Below are positions 21,135 through 30,986 of a DNA stretch of 64,000 nt, in pieces (within the stretch, counting starts at the first letter, position 1; every line of letters starts with the position of its first letter). Position numbers and translations under genes: made by a program. The notes below the pieces were generated by a model. The model ran no database searches. It was given only the letters and a program-made list of their open reading frames with translations, and was not told where the DNA came from. The stretch comes from Candidatus Doudnabacteria bacterium. Its GTDB lineage: Bacteria; Patescibacteriota; Doudnabacteria; UBA920; O2-02-FULL-48-8. Location: contig JBBCGO010000001.1 in the NCBI GenBank assembly GCA_037200925.1, positions 601,607-665,606 on the forward strand, given 5' to 3'.

Positions 21135-22472
21135 TCATACCAGATAAAGCCTGTCGCGGATCAGTTCTATCTCCTGTTTCAATCCGCTTTTTTCCTTAAT
21201 GATCCGTTCGATCTTATCAATAGCGTGAATAACAGTGGTGTGGTCGCGTCCGCCGAAAAATTCGCCGATGGAAGGCAGCGAGGTTTCGAGTTCTTTGCGG
21301 ATGATATACATGGCTATCTGCCGCGGATTGACGTATTCTTTTTTTCTCGACTGTTTCAGCAGATCTTCAGTTGTGACATTGTAAAAATCAGATACGATCT
21401 CAATGATCTTTTTGGCGGAAACTCCGCGTTTTTTGGGCGGCGTGATGACGTTTACCAGAATGCTTTTGACCTGTTCAATCGTCGGCCTGGTGTTATTCAG
21501 CTGGCAATAGACCATGAGGCGGTTTAGAGCGCCTTCCAGTTCGCGGATGTTGCTCTGTATGGTTTCCGCGATGTAGTTGAGGATCTCGGGGTCAACATTG
21601 TAGTTTTTTTCGCGGGCCTTGGTCTTCAGGATGGCCAGGCGGGTTTCCAGGTCAGGGGCCTGGATATCTGCGATCATCCCCCACTCGAACCGGGAGACCA
21701 GCCGTTCTTCAATGGCCGGTATTTCTTTGGGCAGACGGTCCGAGGTCATGACCACTTGCCTGTTATTTTGGTGCAAAGCGTTAAAAGTATGGAAAAACTC
21801 CTCTTGGGTGCCTTCACGTCCGGCCAAAAACTGGATATCATCCACTAAAAGCACGTCCACGTTGCGATAAAGCGATTTAAACTGGTCAGCCCGGCCCTGG
21901 CCTAAAGCTTGGACGAATTCATTGGTGAACCGTTCGGAGGTAACGTATAAAACTTTGGCATTCGGGTCTTTTTTGGTGATCTCAGCGCCTACCGCCTGCA
22001 TCAGATGGGTTTTCCCCAAACCCACCCCGCCATAAATAAAAAGCGGGTTATAAATATTCCCCGGTTTTCTGCTGACGGCCAGGCTGGCAGCATGAGCGAG
22101 CTGATTGTTTGAGCCGACGATAAAAGTGGTGAAAGTATATTTCGGATTAAGCGTCTGATTCTCGGCCCGTTTGGGCACGGCCGCTGTTCTGGCAACTTCT
22201 TTGGTCGCGGGCTGGGCAGAATACACAGGGCTGACAATTTGGTATTTAACTTCTTTGATCTCGGGAGCGATGGTTTTCAGGGTTTTAACTATATCTTGGT
22301 GGTATTTGTTCTGAAGCCATTCTTTGGTAAACGCATTCGGCACCCCTACCACTATTCCGTATTCGCTTTTTTCAATGATCGAAGTGTTTTTGAACCAAGT
22401 TGTGAAATTCGCCTTACTTAAAGTCAATTCCAAGTTTCCCAGTATTGCCTGCCAAAGCTGTTGGTTTGTCAT
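21135..22472 (-). CDS. dnaA: Chromosomal replication initiator DnaA
   Basis: The AAA+ motifs NPLFIYGGVGLGKTHL and LLVDDIQF are present, with a C-terminal DnaA-box-binding HTH. Confidence 0.95.
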   Translation of the reverse strand: MTNQQLWQAILGNLELTLSKANFTTWFKNTSIIEKSEYGIVVGVPNAFTKEWLQNKYHQDIVKTLKTIAPEIKEVKYQIVSPVYSAQPATKEVARTAAVPKRAENQTLNPKYTFTTFIVGSNNQLAHAASLAVSRKPGNIYNPLFIYGGVGLGKTHLMQAVGAEITKKDPNAKVLYVTSERFTNEFVQALGQGRADQFKSLYRNVDVLLVDDIQFLAGREGTQEEFFHTFNALHQNNRQVVMTSDRLPKEIPAIEERLVSRFEWGMIADIQAPDLETRLAILKTKAREKNYNVDPEILNYIAETIQSNIRELEGALNRLMVYCQLNNTRPTIEQVKSILVNVITPPKKRGVSAKKIIEIVSDFYNVTTEDLLKQSRKKEYVNPRQIAMYIIRKELETSLPSIGEFFGGRDHTTVIHAIDKIERIIKEKSGLKQEIELIRDRLYLV

Positions 22473-22799
22473 CGCGTCGCTTTCAATTCAAAGTGATTGT
22501 TTGTCCCTTGGCCACACTTTGAATTGTTAAATTAATAGCTTATATAAATGTCAACGATTTATTCTAACAGATAAGTTATCAACATGTAAATATAAAAATT
22601 TTGGCTAATTTAAGCCAAAAAAAAGCTATCATGTTAATATCATGTGGATTATGCGTGTATTAAATGTATAAAGCCGGCGTTTAGGTTAAAACAGATGACA
22701 AAAAAGTCTTGATATAGTATAATCATGAAGTTAATAATACAAAAAATTTGAATCGCAGGAATGTCTGACGTTCCCAAGAACAAATTTTGAGATACGACG
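22473..22799. other. Candidate oriC / divergent promoter region between dnaA and rpmH
   Basis: The region is AT-rich. It contains near-consensus DnaA boxes TGTGGATTA (about 22643) and TTATCAACA (about 22576), and a U-type palindromic element at 22741-22791. Confidence 0.5.
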
Positions 22800-22934
22800 A
22801 TGCAACCAACATATCGACCGAAAAAACTGCGGCGCAAGCGGGTACACGGCTTCAGAAAAAGGATGCGAACAAGCAATGGCCGAAATGTTCTGTCGCGCCG
22901 AAGAGCTCGCGGCCGAAAGAAATTGACGGTTTAA
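22800..22934 (+). CDS. rpmH: 50S ribosomal protein L34
   Basis: The 44-aa [47 protein letters not shown] was missed by the ORF track, which has a 60-aa floor. Confidence 0.9.
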   Translation: MQPTYRPKKLRRKRVHGFRKRMRTSNGRNVLSRRRARGRKKLTV

Positions 22935-23276
22935 ATGGGAAAACTGGCTTTGCTTAAAAGCGAGCAGGACTTTGAAGGATTTCGGAACAGCAAGTCATAT
23001 CAGTCAACGAACCTGAAGATAAGGGTCCGCTCTTCATCCCCAGACCAAAACACCCCCCGTTTTGGTTTTATTATCCCCAAAAAACTTGTGCCCAAAGCGG
23101 TTCACAGAAATTTGATCAAGCGCCGGATCAAAAACGCATTGCTCAAATCAGCATCAAATCTTCAGGCAGTTGACGTTCTGTTCTTCCCGCGGCCGCAATT
23201 GCTTCAGAAAAAATTCGCCGATCTGGAGCAAGAGATCAAGCTAATCTTTATCAAAGCACGTTTATGGAAACCCTAA
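22935..23276 (+). CDS. rnpA: RNase P protein component
   Basis: It lies directly after rpmH and has the basic RNR-like motif KAVHRNLIKRRIK. Confidence 0.85.
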   Translation: MGKLALLKSEQDFEGFRNSKSYQSTNLKIRVRSSSPDQNTPRFGFIIPKKLVPKAVHRNLIKRRIKNALLKSASNLQAVDVLFFPRPQLLQKKFADLEQEIKLIFIKARLWKP

Positions 23277-23521
23277 AGTTAATCAGCCGCATATTAGCCT
23301 GGCCACTACGGTTTTTGATCTGGGGTTACCAAAAAACCATTTCTCCGGACCATGGTTTTATCAGCAAGCTGTTTCCTTACGGCTACTGTAAATTCTATCC
23401 GTCCTGTTCAGCCTATGCGGATGCTGTTTTGAAACAACAGGGAATCATCGGCTTGCCTAAAATAATCCGCCGAATAATCAGTTGCCGTCCGGGTGCTCTC
23501 GGCGGGATCAATCTTCCTTAA
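23264..23521 (+). CDS. yidD: Membrane protein insertion efficiency factor YidD
   Basis: The conserved FLIWGYQKTISP...CKFYPSCSAYA is present. Confidence 0.85.
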   Translation: METLKLISRILAWPLRFLIWGYQKTISPDHGFISKLFPYGYCKFYPSCSAYADAVLKQQGIIGLPKIIRRIISCRPGALGGINLP

Positions 23522-23524
23522 TTT

Positions 23525-24238
23525 ATGAATATCGGGCATATTTTCAATTCACTTTTAGTCTACCCGCTGCTGAATTTGCTGGTTTTTTTCTACCACTATA
23601 TCCCTGACATTGGCGTAGTAATAATTCTTTTGACCGTGCTCATCCGCTTGGTGCTTCTCCCTTCATTCCATAAATCACTGAAGCAGCAGAAGGCTTTGGC
23701 GGAACTGCAGCCAAAAATGAATGAGATCAAGGAGAAATATAAGGACGACAAGGAAGCGCAGGCCAAAGCCACAATGGAGCTTTACCAGGTCCACAAGGTC
23801 AACCCGCTCAGCTCCTGTCTGCCGCTTTTGATCCAGCTCCCGATCTTGATCGCGTTATATCAGGTTTTTATTAAAAGCTTAAGCGGAAAAACCCTGGTCG
23901 GTCTGTACAGTTTTGTTCATGCCCCCCAAAGCATTAATCCGATCTTCCTTCACTTTTTAAATTTGGCGCATACGAATGTGGTGATGGCCTTCCTGGCCGG
24001 GATCCTGCAGTATTTCCAAAGCCGCTTAATGTTGCCCAAAACCCGATCCGACGACCCAACGGCCAGAATGCTGGCATATCAAACCATGTATTTTTTACCG
24101 GCAGTTACGATCCTGCTGGGCATCAGGTTCCCGGCCGGGCTGACGCTTTATTGGGTGGTGACGACGCTGTTTGGGATCGGACAGCAGTATTATATTCTGA
24201 GAAAAGAAGCAAAAGGAGCCTTAAATGCAGCCCAGTAA
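23525..24238 (+). CDS. yidC: Membrane protein insertase YidC/Oxa1 (short Gram-positive-type form)
   Basis: The 237-aa protein carries the YidC core helices and LQPKMNEIKEKYK. Confidence 0.85.
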   Translation: MNIGHIFNSLLVYPLLNLLVFFYHYIPDIGVVIILLTVLIRLVLLPSFHKSLKQQKALAELQPKMNEIKEKYKDDKEAQAKATMELYQVHKVNPLSSCLPLLIQLPILIALYQVFIKSLSGKTLVGLYSFVHAPQSINPIFLHFLNLAHTNVVMAFLAGILQYFQSRLMLPKTRSDDPTARMLAYQTMYFLPAVTILLGIRFPAGLTLYWVVTTLFGIGQQYYILRKEAKGALNAAQ

Positions 24239-24725
24239 CGAAACGTTGAAAAATATTATTCTTGAACTGTTAAAGCGCATGGATTATGATGCGCAGGTTT
24301 TTGAGCGACAGGAAGAAGGGCGTACGGTTTTTAATATCAAGACGCGCGATGCACAGCTTCTGATCGGCAAACAGGGGGCGAATATGGAAGCTTTGCAATA
24401 TATTGTCCGCATAATCTTTCGCAAGCAAACTGACGATGACCTCTTTACTTTTGCGCTGGACGTGGATGATTATAAAGATAAGCGGGTCATTTATCTGAAA
24501 GAGCTGGCCCGCAAGGCAGCACATCATGTCCGCCAGACCCGAAAACCCGTGTCGCTTGAGCCAATGCCGTCTTATGAGCGAAGAGTCATCCATAACTATT
24601 TGTCATTATTTTCCGATATTTCATCAGAGAGCGTGGGGAAAGAACCTAACCGCAAACTTGTGATCAAAAATAAACAGCGGCCCAAGACCGCTGACGACGG
24701 TTTCAATTTTATTGAGAATTCCTAA
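24225..24725 (+). CDS. Jag/KhpB RNA-binding protein (KH + R3H)
   Basis: A KH-like LLIGKQGANMEALQYI motif is followed by a C-terminal R3H (YERRVIHNYL). Confidence 0.8.
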   Translation: MQPSNETLKNIILELLKRMDYDAQVFERQEEGRTVFNIKTRDAQLLIGKQGANMEALQYIVRIIFRKQTDDDLFTFALDVDDYKDKRVIYLKELARKAAHHVRQTRKPVSLEPMPSYERRVIHNYLSLFSDISSESVGKEPNRKLVIKNKQRPKTADDGFNFIENS

Positions 24726-25858
24726 ATATGCGCTGCCGCTACCATGAACCAAAATAATACGGATAAATCATTCTTAAAATAAGGAACATCCACCAATCCG
24801 TGTAAGATCACAACCGTGATAAATACACCCGAAGCAAGCGTGAGCGCATTCGGGTGTATTTTATATTGTTTGAAAACAAAAACGCAGACAGCTCCAAAAC
24901 TTATCAATCCCAACAGGCCCATCTCCAGCCAGAAGTTAAAGAATATGTTGTGCGGATAACTTACTCCCTGATTTAGGATCGCAAAGCCGCCTAAGCCGTT
25001 GCCCAAGATCGGATTTTGCATGATTTTTTGCCAGCTCAGGCGGATCAGATCAAGGTGCGCGCTGCTGGAAGGGTCGGCAAGGCCCAACCGAATGCGCTGG
25101 TTGATCGCGGGAATGAAAAATAAAATCAACCCGGCGATCACCACGGCCGGCAGGACTTTTTTCAGGCCGTATTTTCTTGCCAACAAGACCAAAGCTACAA
25201 GCGCAACAGCAAACCAAGCGCCGCGGGAGAAAGTCAGCAAAAGCCCCAGTCCCATAATTATCAAACCTGTTGGCAGCCATTTTTTCAGACCTAAATCGTA
25301 GCGCTTGAGCCAAAGAGTAAAATAAAAACCGATCAAGGGCGCCAAGTATAAGGCCAGGGCATTGGGGTAATCAAAAACCGATGTGATGCGCTCAACTTCG
25401 TCCCCTGTCCCCCAAAACCGCAGAGGCAAATGGATATAAGTAAAATATTGGATTATCCCAAACAGGGAGATCAAGCCTGCGGACAAAAACAGCCAGCGTA
25501 AAACTGTTGCCAATTTTTCTTTTGAATCAATAATTAGAACCGCGGCATAGAAGACCAGCACCGGCTCTATGATAAAAGCTTTCAACTGGCCCAAAGCCGG
25601 CAGTTTTTCCGGCGAGATGATCGTGGAAATAATTCCGGCGAGGACGAACAATCCAATAGCATAGTTGATCTTTCCTAATCGTTTAATAGAAGCCAGTTGA
25701 TTCATCAGCTTTTTTGAGCCAATTAATCGACTGACCACAGTTCCAAACAAAAAAACCACGATCAATAATTCCAGAAAAGTGGTTGGGAGGCCGAATAATT
25801 TTAACCGGATCAAGTACGCCGGCAGCAGCGCCAGAATAAGACTTAATAGATATATCAT
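24722..25858 (-). CDS. O-antigen ligase (Wzy_C) family polytopic membrane protein
   Basis: About 10 TM helices are predicted and the central periplasmic loop carries a FSRGAW motif. Confidence 0.55.
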   Translation of the reverse strand: MIYLLSLILALLPAYLIRLKLFGLPTTFLELLIVVFLFGTVVSRLIGSKKLMNQLASIKRLGKINYAIGLFVLAGIISTIISPEKLPALGQLKAFIIEPVLVFYAAVLIIDSKEKLATVLRWLFLSAGLISLFGIIQYFTYIHLPLRFWGTGDEVERITSVFDYPNALALYLAPLIGFYFTLWLKRYDLGLKKWLPTGLIIMGLGLLLTFSRGAWFAVALVALVLLARKYGLKKVLPAVVIAGLILFFIPAINQRIRLGLADPSSSAHLDLIRLSWQKIMQNPILGNGLGGFAILNQGVSYPHNIFFNFWLEMGLLGLISFGAVCVFVFKQYKIHPNALTLASGVFITVVILHGLVDVPYFKNDLSVLFWFMVAAAHI

Positions 25859-28440
25859 TGCGAATTGACGTTGATATTGAGGCGGATGCTGTTTTGAACA
25901 GTTCCGCCGTTAGGAAGATGTGCTTTCGCAGTCAGGGTCTGCCAGCCATTTTTAACACCGGTGACGGTAAAATTATAAGGCGCCGAATTTTTCGTGCCCA
26001 GGTCCACGTTATCCAAAGAAATATCTACGGCATCGGGAGTAATGCCGTTTAGACCCACTTGCACGACAAAAGGCAGGCTGGTAATTTCTTGATTGCCGGA
26101 AGGGCTGATGATGTTTATGTTTTGGCTGCTTGTGGGCACAGCGCCTGCTGAGCCGTCATCAAACTCAGTCGGAGGATACTCGTACCCGTTAGTCGTAGCC
26201 CAGAGCTCGACCGGCGTTTCCCAGGCCGGGTTATTCGGCATTTCAGAATGGAGCACGGTGAAAACTTTTGTTTCCAGATCCTCAGGCGGAGTTTGACTGG
26301 TGGCCAGCTTGCCGTTCAGTTTGTTGATCTGGACCGGCACATGCACATCATCAAAAGCAGTAGGCAAAGCAAAGCTCGTGAAGACCTCGGATTTTGTAGA
26401 AAGAGTGTATTGGGTCGGCAGTTTGCCGGAGACTGAGTCAACCATAATATGCTGGATGCCGGAAGGCTCGGCGAATTGTTCCGGCGGCGTGCCTTTCAGG
26501 GCATTGCGCATGAACTGGTTCCAGATGGGCGCGGCAACCACTACGCCGTCAGCCCCTTGCTTCATGGGAGTGTAATCATTGTTGCCGACCCAGACGCCGG
26601 CTGCCAGGGATGGGGTAAATCCAAGGGTCCAGCCGTCGCGCCAGGCCTGGGTTGTTCCTGTTTTGGCAGCCACCACGCGGTCAGGCAGGATCAGGGGCGA
26701 TTTGGCGCCGAAAACAAAGGTACGTGCGTCATTATCGGTCATGATGCTGACGATCTGATACGCGATCTGCGGGTCCAAAACCTGCTGGCCGGGATTGTCT
26801 TTGTATTGTTCCAAAACCTTCCCGCTGCTGTCGGTAACGCTCAGAATGGAAGTTTGGTCATGTTTTACTCCTCCATCGGCGAATACCGACATGGCTGAAG
26901 TGTGGTCAAGCAGCGTCACTTCGCATCCGCCCAGAACCAAGGATAAACCGCAGCGGTCCGCGCTAATATCAGATGTAATACCCATGTCTTTGGCGGTATC
27001 AATTGCAGACTGCACCCCGACCAAGGCCAAAGTTTTGACCGCCGGCACGTTCAATGATCCGGCCATGGCTTTGCGGATGTTGACTATGCCATGGTCCTGC
27101 CCGTCGTAATTGGTGGGAATATAATCTTTGTTTCCGTAAGTGCCGAAGTTGGTTTTGACATCCATGAGCATTGTGGCCGGGCTCATGCCTTGTTTAAAGG
27201 CTGTAGCATAGACGTAAGGCTTGATCGATGAGCCGGGCTGTTCCGGAGCAAGCGCGACGTTGACCTGGCAGAAATCGCAATCAGGTTTAAAATAATCTCG
27301 AGATCCGACCATGGCCAAGATCTGATTGGTTTTAGGATCTACGGCCACGAGCGCGGCATTGGAAGCCTTGTCGTTATTTTTTTCATTTTTGGCCACGCCA
27401 TCTTCGACCGCCTGTTCGGCAGTCTGTTGCAAGTTCCAATCCAAGGTCGTTACAACCTTCAGGCCGCCTTCCTCAAGCGTCGTCTCTCCGTATTTTTGGG
27501 CAAGTTGAGATTCCACGTAAAGGACAAAATGCGGAGCCAGGATCGCGTCCCTCACTCCGGTAAAAGCAACTTTTTCGTTTTTTGCGGAGTCGCGCTGATC
27601 TTTCGTGATATATCCTTGGTCAAACATCTGATCCAAGATCGTATTTTTTCTGGCTTCCAGCGCGTCTCGGTGGGCGCTATAGTAGGTCGGAGCTTGGGGG
27701 AGAGCCGCCAGATAAGCGGCTTGCGCTAAGTCCAGATCATGCGCGTGCTTGCCAAAGTAAGTTTGCGCCGCCGCCTCGATGCCGTAGGCGTTCTGGCCGT
27801 AAGGAATTTCATTCAGATAAAGTTTCAGAATGTCGTCTTTGGAATATATTTGATCCAGCTCAATGGCCAAAAGGATCTCTTTGAATTTGCGCGTTATCGT
27901 TTTTTCGCGCGTTAATATCGCGTTACGCACAAACTGCTGCGTAATAGTTGATCCGCCCTGGCTTAAGCTGCCGGAAGTCAGGTCGACCCAGACCGATCGG
28001 ATGATGCCGGTCCAGCTGACGCCCGGGTTTTTATAAAAATTTTTGTCCTCAATGGCGATCGTGGCCTGTTTGACATTGTCCGGAATGTCGTTCCAATCCA
28101 GCAACGTCCGCTTGACCTCGCCGTGAATTTCATAAAGCAGGGTCGTGCCGTCGCGCGCGTAGATCTTGGTTGATTGCGCCACGATCCGGCTGTTTAGCTT
28201 ATTCGGGTCAGGAAGGCTTAAAGAGATCGTCGCAAAGGCCAAGCTTACGAGCAATAAAAGAACCGCTCCCGTGTAGATGAGTGTCTGGAAGATCTTGTGC
28301 CGGAAGTTTTTTTCCGTGCGGAATTTATATATCAAAAATTTGGGATAACTTAAGAGGCCGTCCCAAACTTTTTTGAAGCTTGGCTTTTGATTCCTGTTCC
28401 ATTTGGAATAGTTTAGGTAAACCATAAAATGCCTACTCAT
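25855..28440 (-). CDS. Bifunctional class A penicillin-binding protein (GT51 transglycosylase + transpeptidase) with a C-terminal extension
   Basis: GT51 motifs (EDKNFYKNPGVS) are present, with the transpeptidase SxxK/SxN/KTG (SSIKP, KTGTT). Confidence 0.85.
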   Translation of the reverse strand: MSRHFMVYLNYSKWNRNQKPSFKKVWDGLLSYPKFLIYKFRTEKNFRHKIFQTLIYTGAVLLLLVSLAFATISLSLPDPNKLNSRIVAQSTKIYARDGTTLLYEIHGEVKRTLLDWNDIPDNVKQATIAIEDKNFYKNPGVSWTGIIRSVWVDLTSGSLSQGGSTITQQFVRNAILTREKTITRKFKEILLAIELDQIYSKDDILKLYLNEIPYGQNAYGIEAAAQTYFGKHAHDLDLAQAAYLAALPQAPTYYSAHRDALEARKNTILDQMFDQGYITKDQRDSAKNEKVAFTGVRDAILAPHFVLYVESQLAQKYGETTLEEGGLKVVTTLDWNLQQTAEQAVEDGVAKNEKNNDKASNAALVAVDPKTNQILAMVGSRDYFKPDCDFCQVNVALAPEQPGSSIKPYVYATAFKQGMSPATMLMDVKTNFGTYGNKDYIPTNYDGQDHGIVNIRKAMAGSLNVPAVKTLALVGVQSAIDTAKDMGITSDISADRCGLSLVLGGCEVTLLDHTSAMSVFADGGVKHDQTSILSVTDSSGKVLEQYKDNPGQQVLDPQIAYQIVSIMTDNDARTFVFGAKSPLILPDRVVAAKTGTTQAWRDGWTLGFTPSLAAGVWVGNNDYTPMKQGADGVVVAAPIWNQFMRNALKGTPPEQFAEPSGIQHIMVDSVSGKLPTQYTLSTKSEVFTSFALPTAFDDVHVPVQINKLNGKLATSQTPPEDLETKVFTVLHSEMPNNPAWETPVELWATTNGYEYPPTEFDDGSAGAVPTSSQNINIISPSGNQEITSLPFVVQVGLNGITPDAVDISLDNVDLGTKNSAPYNFTVTGVKNGWQTLTAKAHLPNGGTVQNSIRLNINVNSQ

Positions 28441-28478
28441 TGTACCAAAAAACTGATATAATTGGAATGCACTAAATA

Positions 28479-29654
28479 ATGCTCATGGATAAAAATCAAG
28501 CAGCTGATGAATTATTGAATCGGGCAGTTTCCGAGACGATCGACCGCAAGCATCTGGAAACCGCACTTAAGTCTTCCAAAAAATTACGCGTGAAGCTCGG
28601 TATCGATCCGACAAGTCCAAACCTTCATATTGGCCGCGCAGTGGTGCTTTGGAAATTGCGCCAGTTCCAGGATCTGGGCCATCAGGTAGTGTTAATAGTC
28701 GGAGATTTTACGGGTTTGATCGGAGATACGTCTGATAAAGATTCGGAACGCCCAATGATGACCGAAGTTGCTGTTCGAGCCAATATGAAAACTTATTTGG
28801 AACAAGCTTTCAAGATTCTGGACCCGAAGAAAACTGAGACACATTACAATTCCGAGTGGTTAAAGAAATTGGGCTTCCATGAAATCGGAAAAATGGCCGA
28901 TCTTTTTGGATTGCATGAATTTGAAGCTCGAGAGGTTATTTCAAAACGAATGAAAGCCGGTAAAAGAGTTTCCTTGCGTGAAATCCTCTATCCTTTGATG
29001 CAAGGATACGATTCTGTTGCAATTAAAGCCGATGTGGAACTGGGTGGCACTGATCAGAGGTTTAATTTGCTGGCCGGACGGACGATTCAGCCGACTTACG
29101 GACAGGCGCCGCAGGATATTTTAATGACGAATCTGCTGGAAGGCACGGATGGCCGAAAAATGTCATCGTCTTGGGGTAATGTCATCAATCTGACCGATGA
29201 ACCCAATGATATGTTCGGCAAGGTCATGTCAATTGCCGATGAGTTGATCATAAAGTACTTTGAATACGCTACCCGTCTTTCTATGCATAAGGTCAAACAA
29301 CTGGAAAAAGAATTGAAAGCCGGAACAAATCCTCGTGATATCAAGAAATTGCTGGCTGAAGAGATAGTTTCTTTGTACTATGGCGCCAAAGTTGCCAAGA
29401 AAGCTTCTGCTGAGTGGGCTAAAGTTTTTTCAAACAAAGAAAAACCCTCGGCGATAGAGAAGATGCACGTGAGATCAAAAAATATTGTAGATGTTATGGT
29501 TGAAACCAAACTTGCGGCCAGCAAAAGCGAGGCGAAAAGATTGATTGAGCAAAAAGGCGTGAAGGTGGATGATGAGATTGCTTCTGAATCAGCCAAAGTT
29601 TCAAGCGGTTCTATCATCCAAGTCGGGAAAAGAAAATTTGTCCGGATTAAATAA
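28479..29654 (+). CDS. tyrS: Tyrosine--tRNA ligase
   Basis: A class I HIGH-like motif (PNLHIGRAV) and KMSSS are present, with a C-terminal S4 domain. Confidence 0.85.
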   Translation: MLMDKNQAADELLNRAVSETIDRKHLETALKSSKKLRVKLGIDPTSPNLHIGRAVVLWKLRQFQDLGHQVVLIVGDFTGLIGDTSDKDSERPMMTEVAVRANMKTYLEQAFKILDPKKTETHYNSEWLKKLGFHEIGKMADLFGLHEFEAREVISKRMKAGKRVSLREILYPLMQGYDSVAIKADVELGGTDQRFNLLAGRTIQPTYGQAPQDILMTNLLEGTDGRKMSSSWGNVINLTDEPNDMFGKVMSIADELIIKYFEYATRLSMHKVKQLEKELKAGTNPRDIKKLLAEEIVSLYYGAKVAKKASAEWAKVFSNKEKPSAIEKMHVRSKNIVDVMVETKLAASKSEAKRLIEQKGVKVDDEIASESAKVSSGSIIQVGKRKFVRIK

Positions 29655-29681
29655 GATAAAAAATCGCATCTTAAATAAAAT

Positions 29682-29712
29682 ACCCCGAAACAAGTTCGGG
29701 GTTTCGTTTTAA
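29682..29712. terminator. Bidirectional terminator hairpin CCCCGAAACAAGTTCGGGG followed by a T-run
   Basis: A GC stem and T-tract lie between the convergent tyrS and ruvC. Confidence 0.55.
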
Positions 29713-30182
29713 TATTTCATTCGTCCAATTCCGGCCCAAGCGATAGCAACAGCATCAGCCGCGTCATCCGGCTTTGGGATCTTTTTTAGTTTCAGAACCG
29801 TTTGCATCATGCGGTGGACCTGGCGCTTGTCCGCCTTGCCATAGCCCGTGGATGCAATTTTGACCTGCAGTGGAGTTACTTCAACGATTTTAAGCTTATG
29901 GTCAGCACAAGTCGCAAGAATCACCCCGCGCGCTTGCGATACCATCATGGCAGTTTTGACATTAGCCGCAAAGAATAAAGACTCCACGCAGACGGCGTCA
30001 GGCTTAAATTTTTTGATCAGCTGCGAAAGGTCCTGCTTGATCTCCAAAAGCCGCCGGTATTCCGCATCTCCTATTGTAGTTGTGATACAGCCGACTTCTT
30101 TCAGCGAAATATTATTGCCGGTTTGCTCCAGCAGTGCATATCCTGTCCTTCCCAGCCCCGGATCAATTCCCAGTATTTTCAT
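29709..30182 (-). CDS. ruvC: Crossover junction endodeoxyribonuclease RuvC
   Basis: The catalytic-Asp N-terminus MKILGIDPGLGRTGYA is present, with ESLFF. Confidence 0.9.
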   Translation of the reverse strand: MKILGIDPGLGRTGYALLEQTGNNISLKEVGCITTTIGDAEYRRLLEIKQDLSQLIKKFKPDAVCVESLFFAANVKTAMMVSQARGVILATCADHKLKIVEVTPLQVKIASTGYGKADKRQVHRMMQTVLKLKKIPKPDDAADAVAIAWAGIGRMKY

Positions 30183-30895
30183 AAGTTTGTGTTTGAATGA
30201 ACCGCCACTACATCGTCATCGTCGTTTAACGCATCGATCAGGGTTTGGACTTTTGTCTGATCAGCTTCCTGCAGTTGAGTGGGCTGTTGCGGACGCATGA
30301 CGAGTTCACTAGAAAGTACTTTGATCCTTTTGCTTTCAATGAATTTCTTTGTTTTTTCAATGTCCAGCGGCAAAGTATAAACTTCCATTCCTTCTTCCGT
30401 TTCTTTAACATCCTCGACTCCTTGGTCGATCAGCTCCAGAGACAGATTCTCAAGTCCCGCTTGTTTTTCTATCAGGATCTCGCCTTTTGATTCGAACATC
30501 CAGGCTACAGAACCCTGCTCCCCCATCCGTCCGCCGTTTTTGGAAAAAATATTGCGGATGCTCTGCAGAGTGCGGTTGGAATTGTCAGTCACCGCCTCAA
30601 CTATAAAAGCCGAGCCTGCCGGCCCGTAGCCTTCGTACGTCACCTGTTCAATTGCTTCTTTGCCTTCGCCGGCGCCTCGTTTGATCGATCGGTCAATGTT
30701 GTCTTTCGGCATCCCGGACTCTTTCGCTTTATCCACTGCCATGCGCAACTGAAAATTAAAGGTCGGATCAGGGCCGCCGCCGGTTTTGACGGCAATGGAA
30801 ATATTTTTGGCAAGCTTAGTAAAAAGCGTGCCGCGCTTGGCATCTGCCGCGCCTTTGCTTCGTTTGATTGTCGCCCACTTGCTGTGTCCTGACAT
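30179..30895 (-). CDS. yebC: YebC/PmpR-family transcriptional regulator
   Basis: The N-terminus is MSGHSKWATIKRSKGAADAKRG. It forms an operon with ruvC. Confidence 0.85.
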   Translation of the reverse strand: MSGHSKWATIKRSKGAADAKRGTLFTKLAKNISIAVKTGGGPDPTFNFQLRMAVDKAKESGMPKDNIDRSIKRGAGEGKEAIEQVTYEGYGPAGSAFIVEAVTDNSNRTLQSIRNIFSKNGGRMGEQGSVAWMFESKGEILIEKQAGLENLSLELIDQGVEDVKETEEGMEVYTLPLDIEKTKKFIESKRIKVLSSELVMRPQQPTQLQEADQTKVQTLIDALNDDDDVVAVHSNTNL

Positions 30896-30986
30896 ATAAG
30901 CATTATAACAAAATTTGCTCAGTAGCATGCTCATGATTAAAGTCTTAAGCAAAACAAAACCGCTTCTTTCGAAGCGGTTAGTTTTT

